DNA of 64,000 bases from Vicinamibacterales bacterium (GCA_965203565.1 OZ241896.1:41707-105706), one strand, 5' to 3'; positions 27,802-37,458 are shown, numbered from the stretch's first letter. The notes: generated from the sequence alone by a model not told the origin. Numbers and translations are program-made.

Positions 27802-27814
27802 TCCTGATATTCCT

Positions 27815-27842
27815 TTGTCCCCGGCGGCCGAAGTACTATAAT
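27815..27842 (+). promoter_or_regulatory. putative sigma70-like promoter of the paralog cluster
   Basis: TTGTCC (27815-27820), a 16-nt spacer, then TATAAT (27837-27842). It sits in an unusually AT-rich 90-nt intergenic stretch, about 50 nt upstream of ATG 27894. Confidence 0.4.
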
Positions 27843-27893
27843 TCGGATGATCCTGTCGAATCTTTCCGGAAGGGTTGGCGAAGGAGTACGCGG

Positions 27894-28964
27894 ATGACTC
27901 ATCGACGTCTCGGCCTTCTGCTGGGCGCCGCCGCGGCGGCGCTGCTGCTCCCCGCGGCCGGCCGCGCGCAGCCCGCCGCGGCGGAGGGCTGGACCGCGCC
28001 CCGGACCGCGGACGGCCGGCCCGACCTGCAGGGCCGGTGGACGATGGCGACGTACACGCCGCTCCAGCGGCCGGACCGTTTCGCGGGCCGCGAGATGCTG
28101 ACCGAGGAGGAGGCGGCCGAGCTCAGGAAACTGCTCACCGCCGACGGCGTCGACCCGCTGACGCGGAACGTGCTGGGCGACGATCCGGAGCGGCTGCGCG
28201 AGCGGGTCATCCAGACGAAGGAGAACATCCATTACGACAACGCGATCTGGCTGACCGAGGAGCGGCCGAAGAGTCTGTCGAGCCTGCGGACGTCGCTGAT
28301 CGTGGACCCGCCGGACGGGCGCATCCCGCCGATGACGGCGGAAGGAAAGGCGCGCCGGGCCGAGCGCGAGAGGCTCAGCCGTCACCTGATGACCAACCTT
28401 CCCGAGCCGGTCTACGACGGCTACCACACCCGTACGCTCGCCGAGCGGTGCATCGTCTGGCGCCACGAAGGACCGCCGATGGCGCCGCCCGCCTACAACG
28501 ACATCCTCCAGATCTTCCAGACGCCCGACTACGTGGTGATCTTCCAGGAGATGAGCAACAACAACCCGCGCATCGTCCCGATGGACGGCCGGCCGCGCCT
28601 GCCCGCGCGGGTCCGCCTCTGGCCGGGCGACTCGCGCGGCCGGTGGGAGGGCGACACGCTGGTGGTCGAGACCACGAACTTCAACGGCAAGACCCACTAC
28701 CAGGGAGCGAGCGAGGACCTGCGCGTGGTGGAGCGGTTCGTCCGGGTCGCCGCCGACCGTATCCATTACGAGTGGACGGTCGAGGACCCCCGCACGTGGG
28801 AGCGGCCGTGGACCGCGGAGATACCGATGGTCGCCACCGACGAGCTGATGTACGAGTACGCGTGCCACGAAGGGAACCACGACCTGCCGAACATCCTCTC
28901 CATCGCCCGCAACCTCGAGCGGCAGGCTGCGGAGAAGGCGGCGGCGGCCGGCGGCTCCCGGTGA
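27894..28964 (+). CDS. secreted protein of unknown function, paralog 1 of 4
   Basis: AAGGAG lies 8 nt upstream and a Sec signal is present. Shared family motifs are PDLQGRWT, SLIVDPPDGRIP, ERCI, YNDILQIFQTP, PRIVPMDGRP, WPGDSRGRWEGDTLVVETTNF, ERF.RV and YEYACHEGN. Confidence 0.8.
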   Translation: MTHRRLGLLLGAAAAALLLPAAGRAQPAAAEGWTAPRTADGRPDLQGRWTMATYTPLQRPDRFAGREMLTEEEAAELRKLLTADGVDPLTRNVLGDDPERLRERVIQTKENIHYDNAIWLTEERPKSLSSLRTSLIVDPPDGRIPPMTAEGKARRAERERLSRHLMTNLPEPVYDGYHTRTLAERCIVWRHEGPPMAPPAYNDILQIFQTPDYVVIFQEMSNNNPRIVPMDGRPRLPARVRLWPGDSRGRWEGDTLVVETTNFNGKTHYQGASEDLRVVERFVRVAADRIHYEWTVEDPRTWERPWTAEIPMVATDELMYEYACHEGNHDLPNILSIARNLERQAAEKAAAAGGSR

Positions 28965-29029
28965 CGCGGACCCGGCCGGACCCACCGGGCAGGGAGAGCA
29001 GGAAGCAGCAGGAAGAAGGAGCCGGAGAG

Positions 29030-29497
29030 ATGGCGCACTCACGCCGGGACGTCGCGCGGAGGACGTTTCTCGCCGCGGCCGGCGCCGGCGCCGCCGCGGC
29101 GGCGTTGCCGCGGCCGGCCGCAGCGGCGGCCCCCACCGCCGCCGAGCAGGCGAACCTCGACGCGGTGAACGCCTTCTGCGCCGACTGGAAGGTCCCGTTC
29201 GACTGGGATCGGCTCGCCTCGGCGCTCGCCGCGGACTGCAAGTACCGCCCGACGCAGGAGGCGCCGCTGATCGAGGGGCGCGACGCGAGCATCGCCATGC
29301 TGCGCGATTTCGCCGGCGCCGCCACCGCATGCGCGTTCGAGGTGATCGATTCGTGGGCGCGCGGGCCGGTGGTGGTCAACGACCGGCTCGACCGGTTCGT
29401 CCTGCCGGACCGCACCCTGGAGATCCCGGTCGTCGGGATCTTCTTCCTCGTCGACGGCAAGATCGTCGAATGGACCGACTACACGTTCGAGATTTGA
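29030..29497 (+). CDS. Tat-exported NTF2-fold protein (limonene-1,2-epoxide hydrolase/SnoaL-like)
   Basis: 155-aa ORF. The twin-arginine motif is SRRDVARRTFLAAAGAG. NLDAVNAFCADW...IEGRDA...VVNDRLDRF...VVGIFFLVDGKIVEWTDY is the LEH/SnoaL-type pattern. Confidence 0.7.
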   Translation: MAHSRRDVARRTFLAAAGAGAAAAALPRPAAAAAPTAAEQANLDAVNAFCADWKVPFDWDRLASALAADCKYRPTQEAPLIEGRDASIAMLRDFAGAATACAFEVIDSWARGPVVVNDRLDRFVLPDRTLEIPVVGIFFLVDGKIVEWTDYTFEI

Positions 29498-29508
29498 GGA
29501 GACTGGCG

Positions 29509-30489
29509 ATGAGACATCGGATGGTGACGGCGGCGGCGATCGCGATCGGGCTGCTGGCGGCGGCGCCGGCCGCCGCGCAGGACGACGCGCGCCGCGCGCC
29601 GCGCACGGCGTGGGGCGACCCCGATCTGGCGGGCGTCTGGGACTTCCGCACTCTGACGCCGCTGGAGCGTCCCGACGGGCTCGGCGACAAGGAGTTCCTG
29701 ACGCCCGAGGAGGCCGCCGCCTTCGAGGAGCAGTCGCTGCGCGAGCGGAACGCCGACCGCCGCGACGGCGCCGACCGGTCGTTCGGGATCGGGAGCGACA
29801 TCGAGCGCGCCTACAACGACTTCTGGTGGGACTACGGCAGCAGCATCAACGACGACCGGCGCACGTCGCTGATCGTCGACCCGCCCGACGGCCGGATTCC
29901 GTGGACGCCGGCGGGGAAGGCCCGGCCCGGCACGTTCGCCCGAGCGTTCTCGGGGATCCCGGCCGCGGGGCCGGAAGACCGGGCGCTGTCGGAGCGGTGC
30001 ATCCTCGGGTTCAACTCCGGGCCGCCGATGGGGCCGAGCGCGTACAACAACAACGTGCAGCTCTTCCAGACGCCCGACACCGTCGTGATCTTCAACGAGA
30101 TGATCCACGACGCCCGGATCGTCCCGCTCGACGGCCGGCCGCACCTGCCGGACGGGGTCCGGCAATGGATGGGCGATCCGCGCGGGCGGTGGGAGGGGGA
30201 CACCCTGGTGGTGGAGACCGCCAACTTCCTGCGGGAGACCCACTTCGCCGGTTCGAGCGCCAACCTGCACTTGGTGGAGCGGTTCACGCGGGTCGAAGAC
30301 GGCGCGCTGCTCTACGAGTTCACCGCGTCCGACCCGGCCACGTTCACCCGGCCGTGGACGGCGCAGATCCCGATGAAGCGGTCGGACGGCCCGCTGTTCG
30401 AGTACGCCTGCCACGAGGGGAACTACGGGATGCACAACCTGCTGGCCGGGGCGCGCGCCGACGAGAAGGCCGCGGCCGGCAAGCAGTAG
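29509..30489 (+). CDS. secreted protein of unknown function, paralog 2 of 4
   Basis: GAGGAG lies upstream and a signal peptide ends AAPAAAQD. Motifs are WGDPDLAGVW, SLIVDPPDGRIP, ERCI, YNNNVQLFQTP, IHDARIVPLDGRPH, WMGDPRGRWEGDTLVVET and FEYACHEGNY. Confidence 0.8.
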   Translation: MRHRMVTAAAIAIGLLAAAPAAAQDDARRAPRTAWGDPDLAGVWDFRTLTPLERPDGLGDKEFLTPEEAAAFEEQSLRERNADRRDGADRSFGIGSDIERAYNDFWWDYGSSINDDRRTSLIVDPPDGRIPWTPAGKARPGTFARAFSGIPAAGPEDRALSERCILGFNSGPPMGPSAYNNNVQLFQTPDTVVIFNEMIHDARIVPLDGRPHLPDGVRQWMGDPRGRWEGDTLVVETANFLRETHFAGSSANLHLVERFTRVEDGALLYEFTASDPATFTRPWTAQIPMKRSDGPLFEYACHEGNYGMHNLLAGARADEKAAAGKQ

Positions 30490-30536
30490 CAGCGCCCGCG
30501 CGAGAACGCGGAGCGCGCATGCGAGGAGACTCCGGA

Positions 30537-31499
30537 ATGACCAATCGCACGCTGGTCGCGGCCTGTCTGGCGGCGGCGCTCGGAGCGGCGCCCCCGGCGG
30601 CGGACGCCCAGGACGGGGCGGCGCCGCGGACGCCGTGGGGCGACCCGGACCTGCAGGGCACGTGGACGAACACCACCACCACGCCGCTGGAGCGGCCGGC
30701 GGCGCTCGCCGGCAAGACGGCGCTCACCCACGAGGAACGGGCGGCGATAGACGAGGAGAACGCGCCGGGGATCGACGCCGCGCCCGGCGTCGGGGCGTAC
30801 AACAACTTCTGGATGGAGCGCGGCTACGTCTACGAGCAGACGTCGCTCGTCGTCGATCCGCCGGACGGCCGGCTGCCGGCCGTCCTGCCGAAGGCGCGGC
30901 GGCGGCAGGACGCGCTGCGCGCGTCGCGCCGGTCGCCGTCGTACCCGACCACCTACGAGGAGCCGAGCCTGATGGAGCGGTGCATCACGCGGGGCGTGCC
31001 CGGCGTGATGCTGCCCGGCAACTACAACCACAACTACAACATCCTGCAGACGCCGAGCCACGTGGCGATCTTCGCCGAGATGATCCACGACGCGCGGATC
31101 ATCCCGATCGACGGACGCCCGCACGTCGACCGGTCGATCCGGCAGTGGATGGGCGACTCGCGGGGCCGGTGGGAAGGCGACACGCTGGTGGTGGAGACGG
31201 CCGGCTTCACCGACAAGCTGTACGAGCGGCGCGGCTCGCTGCTGGTCTGGGGCACCGGAAGGAACATGTCGGTGGTGGAGCGGTTCACCCGCGTCGGCGA
31301 GAGGATCGACTACCGGTTCACGCTGTCCGACCCGACCACCTTCGAGCGCCCGTTCACGGCGTCGATCCCGATGGTCCCCTTGCACGAGCCGATGTTCGAG
31401 TACGCCTGCCACGAGGGGAACTACGCGATGGCGAACATGCTGCGCGGCGCCCGCGAGGACGACCGGGCCGCCGAAGCCGCGCTCACCGGGTCGGAGTGA
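30537..31499 (+). CDS. secreted protein of unknown function, paralog 3 of 4
   Basis: GAGGAG lies 9 nt upstream of ATG 30537. Motifs are WGDPDLQGTW, SLVVDPPDGRLP, ERCI, YNHNYNILQTP, IHDARIIPIDGRPH, WMGDSRGRWEGDTLVVET and FEYACHEGNY. Confidence 0.8.
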   Translation: MTNRTLVAACLAAALGAAPPAADAQDGAAPRTPWGDPDLQGTWTNTTTTPLERPAALAGKTALTHEERAAIDEENAPGIDAAPGVGAYNNFWMERGYVYEQTSLVVDPPDGRLPAVLPKARRRQDALRASRRSPSYPTTYEEPSLMERCITRGVPGVMLPGNYNHNYNILQTPSHVAIFAEMIHDARIIPIDGRPHVDRSIRQWMGDSRGRWEGDTLVVETAGFTDKLYERRGSLLVWGTGRNMSVVERFTRVGERIDYRFTLSDPTTFERPFTASIPMVPLHEPMFEYACHEGNYAMANMLRGAREDDRAAEAALTGSE

Positions 31500-31609
31500 A
31501 CAGGAGCAATCGCATGCGACGAGGAATCGGGGTACGCCGAGCCGCAGCCGGAGCGGCTCCGGGCGTACGTCGAAGTGGTCTGCGGCGAGATCGACTGAGG
31601 AGCGTGAAG

Positions 31610-32635
31610 ATGACCCATCGACGTCCCGGACCGCCCGTCCGCGCAGCGCTGGCGGCGGCTGTCGTCCTGGCGGCGGCGGCCGGCGCCGCGGCCCAGGGCG
31701 CCGCGTGGACGACGCCCCTCACGCCCTGGGGCGACCCGGACCTGCAGGGGGTCTGGACCACCGACTGGGAGCGGAGCGTCCCGGTCGAACGGCCGGCCGA
31801 GTTCGGCCGGCGGGCGGACCTGAGCGCCGCGGAGATCGCCGCGCGCGCCGACGACGAGGCGCGCCGGGCGGCGGACGACAAGGCCGAGCGCAACCGCCGG
31901 CCGGACGACCCCGAGGCCGGACCGGAGCACTGGTACGAGTTCGGCGACCGGGTTTCCCCGCGCACGTCGCTGATCGTCGATCCGCCGGACGGCCGGGTCC
32001 CCGCGCTGACGCTCGGCGCGCAGACGCGCTACGTCGACCCCGGCTCCCGGCTTGGCTTCGTCGGGGGGAGCATGGGCGACGGCCCGTTCGACGGGCCGGA
32101 AGACCTCCACCTGGCCGACCGGTGCATCACGCGGGGCCTCCCGCAGACCTGGTTCCCGAGCGCCTACAACAACGGCTTCCAGATAGTGCAGAGTCCGGGT
32201 TACGTGGCCGTGCTGTACGAACGGCTGCACGAGCACCGGATCATCCCGCTCGACGGGCGCCCGCCGCTCACGCCGGCCGTCGGCCAGTGGTTCGGCGACT
32301 CGCGCGGCCGGTGGGAAGGCGACACGCTGGTGGTCGAGGTCGCCAATTTCAGCGACCGGACGAACTTCCGCGGATCGGGGGCCACGCGCCGCCTGATCGA
32401 GCGGTACACCCGCGTGGACGCCGACACCGTCCGCGTGGAGATCACGATAGACGACCCCACCACCTGGACGCGGCCCTGGACCGCGGTGGTCAACGGCGTC
32501 CACGACCCCGACTACTGGCAGGTGTTCGAGTACGCCTGCCACGAGGGGAACTACGGGATGACGAACATCCTGAGCGCCGCCCGCAACCTGGAGAAGGCGG
32601 CGGCGGAGAAGGCGGCGGCCGCGTCAGGCCGGTAG
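31610..32635 (+). CDS. secreted protein of unknown function, paralog 4 of 4
   Basis: GAGGAG lies upstream of ATG 31610. Motifs are WGDPDLQGVW, SLIVDPPDGRVP, DRCI, YNNGFQIVQSP, HEHRIIPLDGRPP, WFGDSRGRWEGDTLVVEV and FEYACHEGNY. Confidence 0.8.
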   Translation: MTHRRPGPPVRAALAAAVVLAAAAGAAAQGAAWTTPLTPWGDPDLQGVWTTDWERSVPVERPAEFGRRADLSAAEIAARADDEARRAADDKAERNRRPDDPEAGPEHWYEFGDRVSPRTSLIVDPPDGRVPALTLGAQTRYVDPGSRLGFVGGSMGDGPFDGPEDLHLADRCITRGLPQTWFPSAYNNGFQIVQSPGYVAVLYERLHEHRIIPLDGRPPLTPAVGQWFGDSRGRWEGDTLVVEVANFSDRTNFRGSGATRRLIERYTRVDADTVRVEITIDDPTTWTRPWTAVVNGVHDPDYWQVFEYACHEGNYGMTNILSAARNLEKAAAEKAAAASGR

Positions 32636-32715
32636 CAGGCCGCGCGCCCGGACCGCGCCTCCCGGTGATCTCCACGTCATCGCGCGCGTCTTGCGGACGG
32701 ACCGCCCGGAGCGGA

Positions 32716-33813
32716 ATGCTGGCGATCGCGCTGGCGGCCGGCGGCGGGGCGACCGCCGAGGCCCAGCCGCTCGACCCGGCCACCGTCGGCCGGTTCGCGC
32801 AGCTTGCGCTCGACTGCGTGCACCGGGAGTATCCGAACAAGCTCGCGCACGTCCTGGCCGGCGACGCCGACGTCAAGCCGCCGCGCGAACTCACGCCCGC
32901 CTTCTTCGGCTGCTACGACTGGCACTCCGCCGTGCACGGGCACTGGCTGCTGGTCCGCCTCGCCCGGCTCGCAGGCGACAGCGCACTGGCGCCCGCGGCG
33001 CGCCGCGCGCTGTCGCGCAGCCTGACGCCCGGCAACGTCGAAGCCGAGCTCGGGTACCTGAACGGGCGCGGCCGGCTCGCGTTCGAGCGCCCGTACGGCT
33101 TGGCGTGGCTGCTGCAGCTGGCGGCCGAGCTGCGCGAATGGCGGGACGACGACGCGGCCCGATGGCGCGCAGCCCTGGCGCCGCTGGAGCGCGAGGCGGC
33201 CCGCCGGTTCGCCGACTGGCTCCCCAAGCTGACCTACCCGATCCGCGGCGGCGAGCACAGCCAGACCGCGTTCGCCTTCGGCCTGGCGCTCGACTGGGCG
33301 CGGGTCGCCGGCGACGAGGCGATGCAGTGGCTGCTCCGCTCGCGGACCGAGGACTACTACGGGCGCGACCGCGACTGCCCGATCGCCTACGAGCCGTCGG
33401 GGCAGGACTTCCTCTCACCCTGCCTGGCCGAGGCCGACCTGATGCGCCGGGTCCGGCCGCCGGCCGAGTTCGCGGTCTGGCTCGACGAGTTCCTCCCGGC
33501 GATTCCGGCCCGGGACGGCTCCGACGGCGACGACGGCTCCGGCGGCCGCGCGTGGCTCGAACCGGCGGTGGTGACCGACCCGATGGACGGCAAGCTCGCG
33601 CACCTCGACGGCCTCAACCTCAGCCGGGCCTGGATGCTGGAGGGGATCGCGGCCGGCCTTCCGCCGGGCGACGGCCGCCGCCCGGCGCTCCGTCGGGCGG
33701 CCCGCCGGCACCGGGAGGCCGGCCTGGCCGCGGTCACCGGGGAGCACTACGCCGGCGGCCACTGGCTCGCCAGCTTCGCGACGTACCTGGTGACCGGGCG
33801 GGGGATCCGCTGA
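32716..33813 (+). CDS. DUF2891 family protein
   Basis: FAQLALDCVHREYPNK...FFGCYDWHSAVHGHWLL...ERPYGLAWLLQLAAEL...YPIRGGEHSQTAFA is the DUF2891 pattern. The start is uncertain (ATG 32716 or the upstream GTG 32665). Confidence 0.7.
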   Translation: MLAIALAAGGGATAEAQPLDPATVGRFAQLALDCVHREYPNKLAHVLAGDADVKPPRELTPAFFGCYDWHSAVHGHWLLVRLARLAGDSALAPAARRALSRSLTPGNVEAELGYLNGRGRLAFERPYGLAWLLQLAAELREWRDDDAARWRAALAPLEREAARRFADWLPKLTYPIRGGEHSQTAFAFGLALDWARVAGDEAMQWLLRSRTEDYYGRDRDCPIAYEPSGQDFLSPCLAEADLMRRVRPPAEFAVWLDEFLPAIPARDGSDGDDGSGGRAWLEPAVVTDPMDGKLAHLDGLNLSRAWMLEGIAAGLPPGDGRRPALRRAARRHREAGLAAVTGEHYAGGHWLASFATYLVTGRGIR

Positions 33814-33826
33814 CGCGAACGGAACG

Positions 33827-35824
33827 ATGCAGTTCGCCGCGAAGCGTCCGGCGCGGCGGCGCCGGCTTCTGTTTGCGTTCCCCGCAGGCATTGCGGGCGT
33901 CGCCCTCCTGGGAACGCTCCTGATCCTGCTTCGCGAACTGAATTGGGGCGTCGGCCTGTGGTTCGATTCGCTCAGCTACCTGTTGCGCGCACGACGGATG
34001 CTGGCGGGCCCCGGCTGGCTGGTCAGCATCTCCGGCACACAAGCTCCTTTCTATCCGCTCCTGCTGGCGCTGCTGGGAACGTCGGGATTCGATCTGGTCC
34101 GCATCGCCGGGCTCGTGAACGCCGCGGCGTTCGGCCTGACGATTCTGGTCTCGGCCCTGTGGCTGAAGAACAGGCTCGAATCCCGCCTGATCGTCCTGTG
34201 GGCGGCCGCCGCCATCATGCTGTCGGTCCCGCTCACGAACTTGGCGTCGCAGGTGATGTCCGAGCCGGTATGCATCCTGTTCACGGTGCTTGCCCTGATG
34301 CGGGCGGAGAAGTTCCTGAGATCCGGACATTCCGGCGAGCGTTCGTCGTTGGTGTGGGCGGCGTTGTTTTCCGCGCTCGCTTTTCTGACGCGTTACATCG
34401 GCGGCGCCGTCGTTCCCGTCGTCGCAGCGCTGCTTCTGATCCGCAAGGGCGCGAGCCTCACGGAAAAGACGCGGCAGGCCGCGATCTACTCGGCCATTTC
34501 CATCGCGCCGACCGGTCTTTGGCTGTTGCGCAACTTCCTGTTGTCGGGATCGCTCACGTGGGATGCATCCACGCTCTACCGTCCGCGCACGGGGTTGCCG
34601 CAAAACCTGGTCTGGACGTTCGAGGCGCTTGCCGGCTGGATCTTTCCCCTGTCGCGGTCCGGCGAATCCGCGGCGCCGATGCTGTGCCTCCTGTCCGCGG
34701 CCGCGGCGGGATGCCTGCTGCGCCTGTCGGGTTCGGAGTCCGGGTCCGCCGGCGGGGCCGCGGCTCGATCCGGCCGGATATTCCTGCTCTTTTCGTCGGC
34801 CTACGTCGTCCTGCTCGTCGCATCCGGGTTCGTCGTGGAGATCGAAAGCGGAAATTTCAGCAGGTATCTCTCGCAAGTCTACGTCCCGATGGTCATCGCC
34901 GCGGCGCTTGCCGCGGACCGGCTGCTGACCCGCGCCGGTCGTCCGCTCTCGGCGCGACGCGGGATTCCACCACGGGCCGTGAAGCCCGCCGGCGCCGTCC
35001 TGATCGCATCGATGCTCCTCTGGCTGCACTACCCGGCCATGGAAAACGCCCGAGCGGCGGCCACGCACTTCACCCGCGGTTTCGGGTATGCATCCGAGCG
35101 CTGGCGCCATCACGACGTGCTGGAATACCTCGCGAGGAATCCGGTGGACGACCCGGTCCACACCAACCTGTTCGAACTGGCGGAATTTCATACCGGCCTT
35201 CGAACCAGGATGATGCGAGTGCGGTTTCAACTGGACGAGGCGCTGAACGGGCCGCCGGCCTTCATCGTCTACTTCCGGGAAACGCGGTCGGAGGATCTCG
35301 CGCCGCTCATCGAGAGTCTGCCGGAGGTGGAGACGAAGTTTCGCGGCCGCGACGGGGCCGTCTACCACTTCGCGCTGCGCGGGCGGCGCAGCCTGGACCA
35401 GATAGTCGGGGAGTCCGAGCCGATCATCCGCTCCGGCCGCTACGCCGTCCATCTCGACGAAGACCGGTTGGTGTACGTGCGGAATGCGCCCGACAGAGGC
35501 GACGACGCCGGCCTCCGGTTCTTCCTGCACGTCGTCCCGGCGCAGACGGAGAACCTGCACTGGGCGAGGCGGTGGCTCGGGCGCCGGCAATTCGATTGGG
35601 GAGAGTCCTGCGCCTGGCGAAGCGGCGGGAGATGCGCGGTGGTGGTCGGGCTGCCGAAGTACGACGTCGCATCGATCACGACCGGTCAATACCGGGCGGG
35701 GCCGAACCGGGAGTATGGAGACCTGACGTACGGCCGTTCGGCGAAGGTCGTCTGGAACTTCATCACCACCGGTCGATTCGCTCTCGAGGACCGCGTATGG
35801 GAAGGCGAATACCGTTTTCCCTGA
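33827..35824 (+). CDS. GT-C/ArnT-like polytopic membrane protein with soluble C-terminal domain
   Basis: 665-aa ORF with about 10 or more hydrophobic helices in the first 400 aa. The C-terminal domain carries RFFLHVVP...LP.YDVASITTGQY, shared with ORF 47002..49011. It is visibly lower in GC than its neighbours. Confidence 0.7.
   Translation: MQFAAKRPARRRRLLFAFPAGIAGVALLGTLLILLRELNWGVGLWFDSLSYLLRARRMLAGPGWLVSISGTQAPFYPLLLALLGTSGFDLVRIAGLVNAAAFGLTILVSALWLKNRLESRLIVLWAAAAIMLSVPLTNLASQVMSEPVCILFTVLALMRAEKFLRSGHSGERSSLVWAALFSALAFLTRYIGGAVVPVVAALLLIRKGASLTEKTRQAAIYSAISIAPTGLWLLRNFLLSGSLTWDASTLYRPRTGLPQNLVWTFEALAGWIFPLSRSGESAAPMLCLLSAAAAGCLLRLSGSESGSAGGAAARSGRIFLLFSSAYVVLLVASGFVVEIESGNFSRYLSQVYVPMVIAAALAADRLLTRAGRPLSARRGIPPRAVKPAGAVLIASMLLWLHYPAMENARAAATHFTRGFGYASERWRHHDVLEYLARNPVDDPVHTNLFELAEFHTGLRTRMMRVRFQLDEALNGPPAFIVYFRETRSEDLAPLIESLPEVETKFRGRDGAVYHFALRGRRSLDQIVGESEPIIRSGRYAVHLDEDRLVYVRNAPDRGDDAGLRFFLHVVPAQTENLHWARRWLGRRQFDWGESCAWRSGGRCAVVVGLPKYDVASITTGQYRAGPNREYGDLTYGRSAKVVWNFITTGRFALEDRVWEGEYRFP
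34943..34977 (+). repeat. 35-nt relic of the MITE right arm embedded in-frame in a CDS
   Basis: CCGCTCTCGGCGCGACGCGGGATTCCACCACGGGC matches the last 36 nt (minus the terminal TG) of the repeat with one 1-nt deletion. It is translated as LSARRGIPPRA in a predicted loop. Confidence 0.7.
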
Positions 35825-35906
35825 CGCCGTTCAGGCGCGCCGCGCGCAGGTGTTGTAGTATTTCCGTGCGCCTGCAGCTTGGGCGAACTCGGCGGCCCAG
35901 GCGTTC

Positions 35907-37442
35907 ATGCGCATTCATCTGATCAACCCAAGCCACATCGCGTTCGGACTCGCGGTCATCACGCCGCGCTGGCTCTACGTCCTGGCCCACGCCACTCCCC
36001 GGAAGTGGGGCGACCCGCGCCTTGTCGACGAGACGCTCGAACTGCTCGACCCGGAAACGATCGAGGCCGGCGACGTCGTGGGCATCAGCATCCATACCGG
36101 CAACGCGCTGCGGGGCTACGAGGTGGGCCGGCTCTGCCGCAAGCGGGGCGCGCACGTCGTCTTCGGGGGCATCCACGCCACGCTGTATCCCGACGAGGCG
36201 CACGAGCGGGGCGGCGCGCATGCCGCGGTCAAGGGGGACGGCGACGAAATCTGGCCGCAGGTGCTCGAAGACATCGCGGCCGGACGGCCTGAGCGGGTCT
36301 ACGAGGGGGGGCGGGCGCCCGGAGCCTCGCTGCAGAAGGCGCGCTGGGACCTGATGCCGCGCGACCGTTACATGTGGGCCTCGGTGCAGACCGTGCGGGG
36401 CTGTCCCAAGCACTGCTCCTTCTGCTCGGTCTGGCGCACCGACGGGCAGGAGCCCCGCCAGCGGACCGTCGACGCCGTCATCGGGGAGATCGTCGAGCTG
36501 CGCCGGATGGGATTCCGCTTCATCGCGCTGGCCGACGACAACTTCTATCCGGTCACGCTGGACGACCTGGCGATGGCTCGCCGGCGCGAGTCCCCCTCCC
36601 GGCTGCACGAGCTCGAGTCGCTGCGCGAGGAGCGTTTCGAGCTGATGGAGCAGCTCGCGAAGCTGCCCGGCGACACGGTCTTCTTCACGCAGATCACGAT
36701 GGAGGCGGCTGAGGATCCGGCGTTTCTCGACGCCATGCGCAACGCGCGCGTCCGCGGCGCCCTGATAGGCGTGGAGGCAATCACCGAGGAAGGCCTGAAG
36801 GACGTCTACAAGGGGTTCAACCTGGCCGGCGACGCCCTTGTGAAACGACTTCGGAAGTTCCGCGAGCATGGCGTGCAGGTGCTCGGATCGTTCATCTTCG
36901 GCCTGCCGAGCGACCGGCCGGACAGCTTCGAGGCGACCGCCGCGCTGGCCCATGCCGCCGACATCGACTTCGCGCAGTTCCTGACCCTGACGCCGTTCCC
37001 CGGCACGGTCGACTTTCTGAAATGGGAGAAGAACGAGGCGGCGGGGTTGCCCGACGTGGACGGCGTCCCGGTAAGCCGCTACTGGTTGATCCCGCCGATC
37101 ATGCGGCCGAAGATCTTCTCGCCGCATCCGGTGATGACGGCCGAGGAGATCCGAGTCGGCGTCCAGCGCGCGTGGGACCGCTTCTACTCGCTCGGCAAGG
37201 TCTGGCGGCGCTCGCGCTGCGTCCGCTCCCTTCGCCATCGTCTGGCCTTCATGCTGGTTTCCAAGCTGTATCGTCAGATGTACGGCAACACCGGCATCGC
37301 CACCGACAGCGCCCGGGTCGCGCGCTCCGCCGCATGGGCCCGGTGGCTGGCCATCCCGCTCAAGCGCCTGTTCTCGGCCCCCCCGATGCCGGACCTGCAG
37401 GCGCCGGCGCGGCGGAGCAGCCGCCGGGCGGACGCAGCGTGA
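35907..37442 (+). CDS. B12-binding radical SAM protein (DUF4070-type C-terminus)
   Basis: The N-terminal cobalamin-binding-like domain reads VVGISIHTGNALRGYEV...VVFGGIHAT. The radical SAM cluster motif is GCPKHCSFCS (CX3CX2C). 511 aa. Confidence 0.8.
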   Translation: MRIHLINPSHIAFGLAVITPRWLYVLAHATPRKWGDPRLVDETLELLDPETIEAGDVVGISIHTGNALRGYEVGRLCRKRGAHVVFGGIHATLYPDEAHERGGAHAAVKGDGDEIWPQVLEDIAAGRPERVYEGGRAPGASLQKARWDLMPRDRYMWASVQTVRGCPKHCSFCSVWRTDGQEPRQRTVDAVIGEIVELRRMGFRFIALADDNFYPVTLDDLAMARRRESPSRLHELESLREERFELMEQLAKLPGDTVFFTQITMEAAEDPAFLDAMRNARVRGALIGVEAITEEGLKDVYKGFNLAGDALVKRLRKFREHGVQVLGSFIFGLPSDRPDSFEATAALAHAADIDFAQFLTLTPFPGTVDFLKWEKNEAAGLPDVDGVPVSRYWLIPPIMRPKIFSPHPVMTAEEIRVGVQRAWDRFYSLGKVWRRSRCVRSLRHRLAFMLVSKLYRQMYGNTGIATDSARVARSAAWARWLAIPLKRLFSAPPMPDLQAPARRSSRRADAA

Positions 37443-37458
37443 CGATTCTCCCGTCTTG

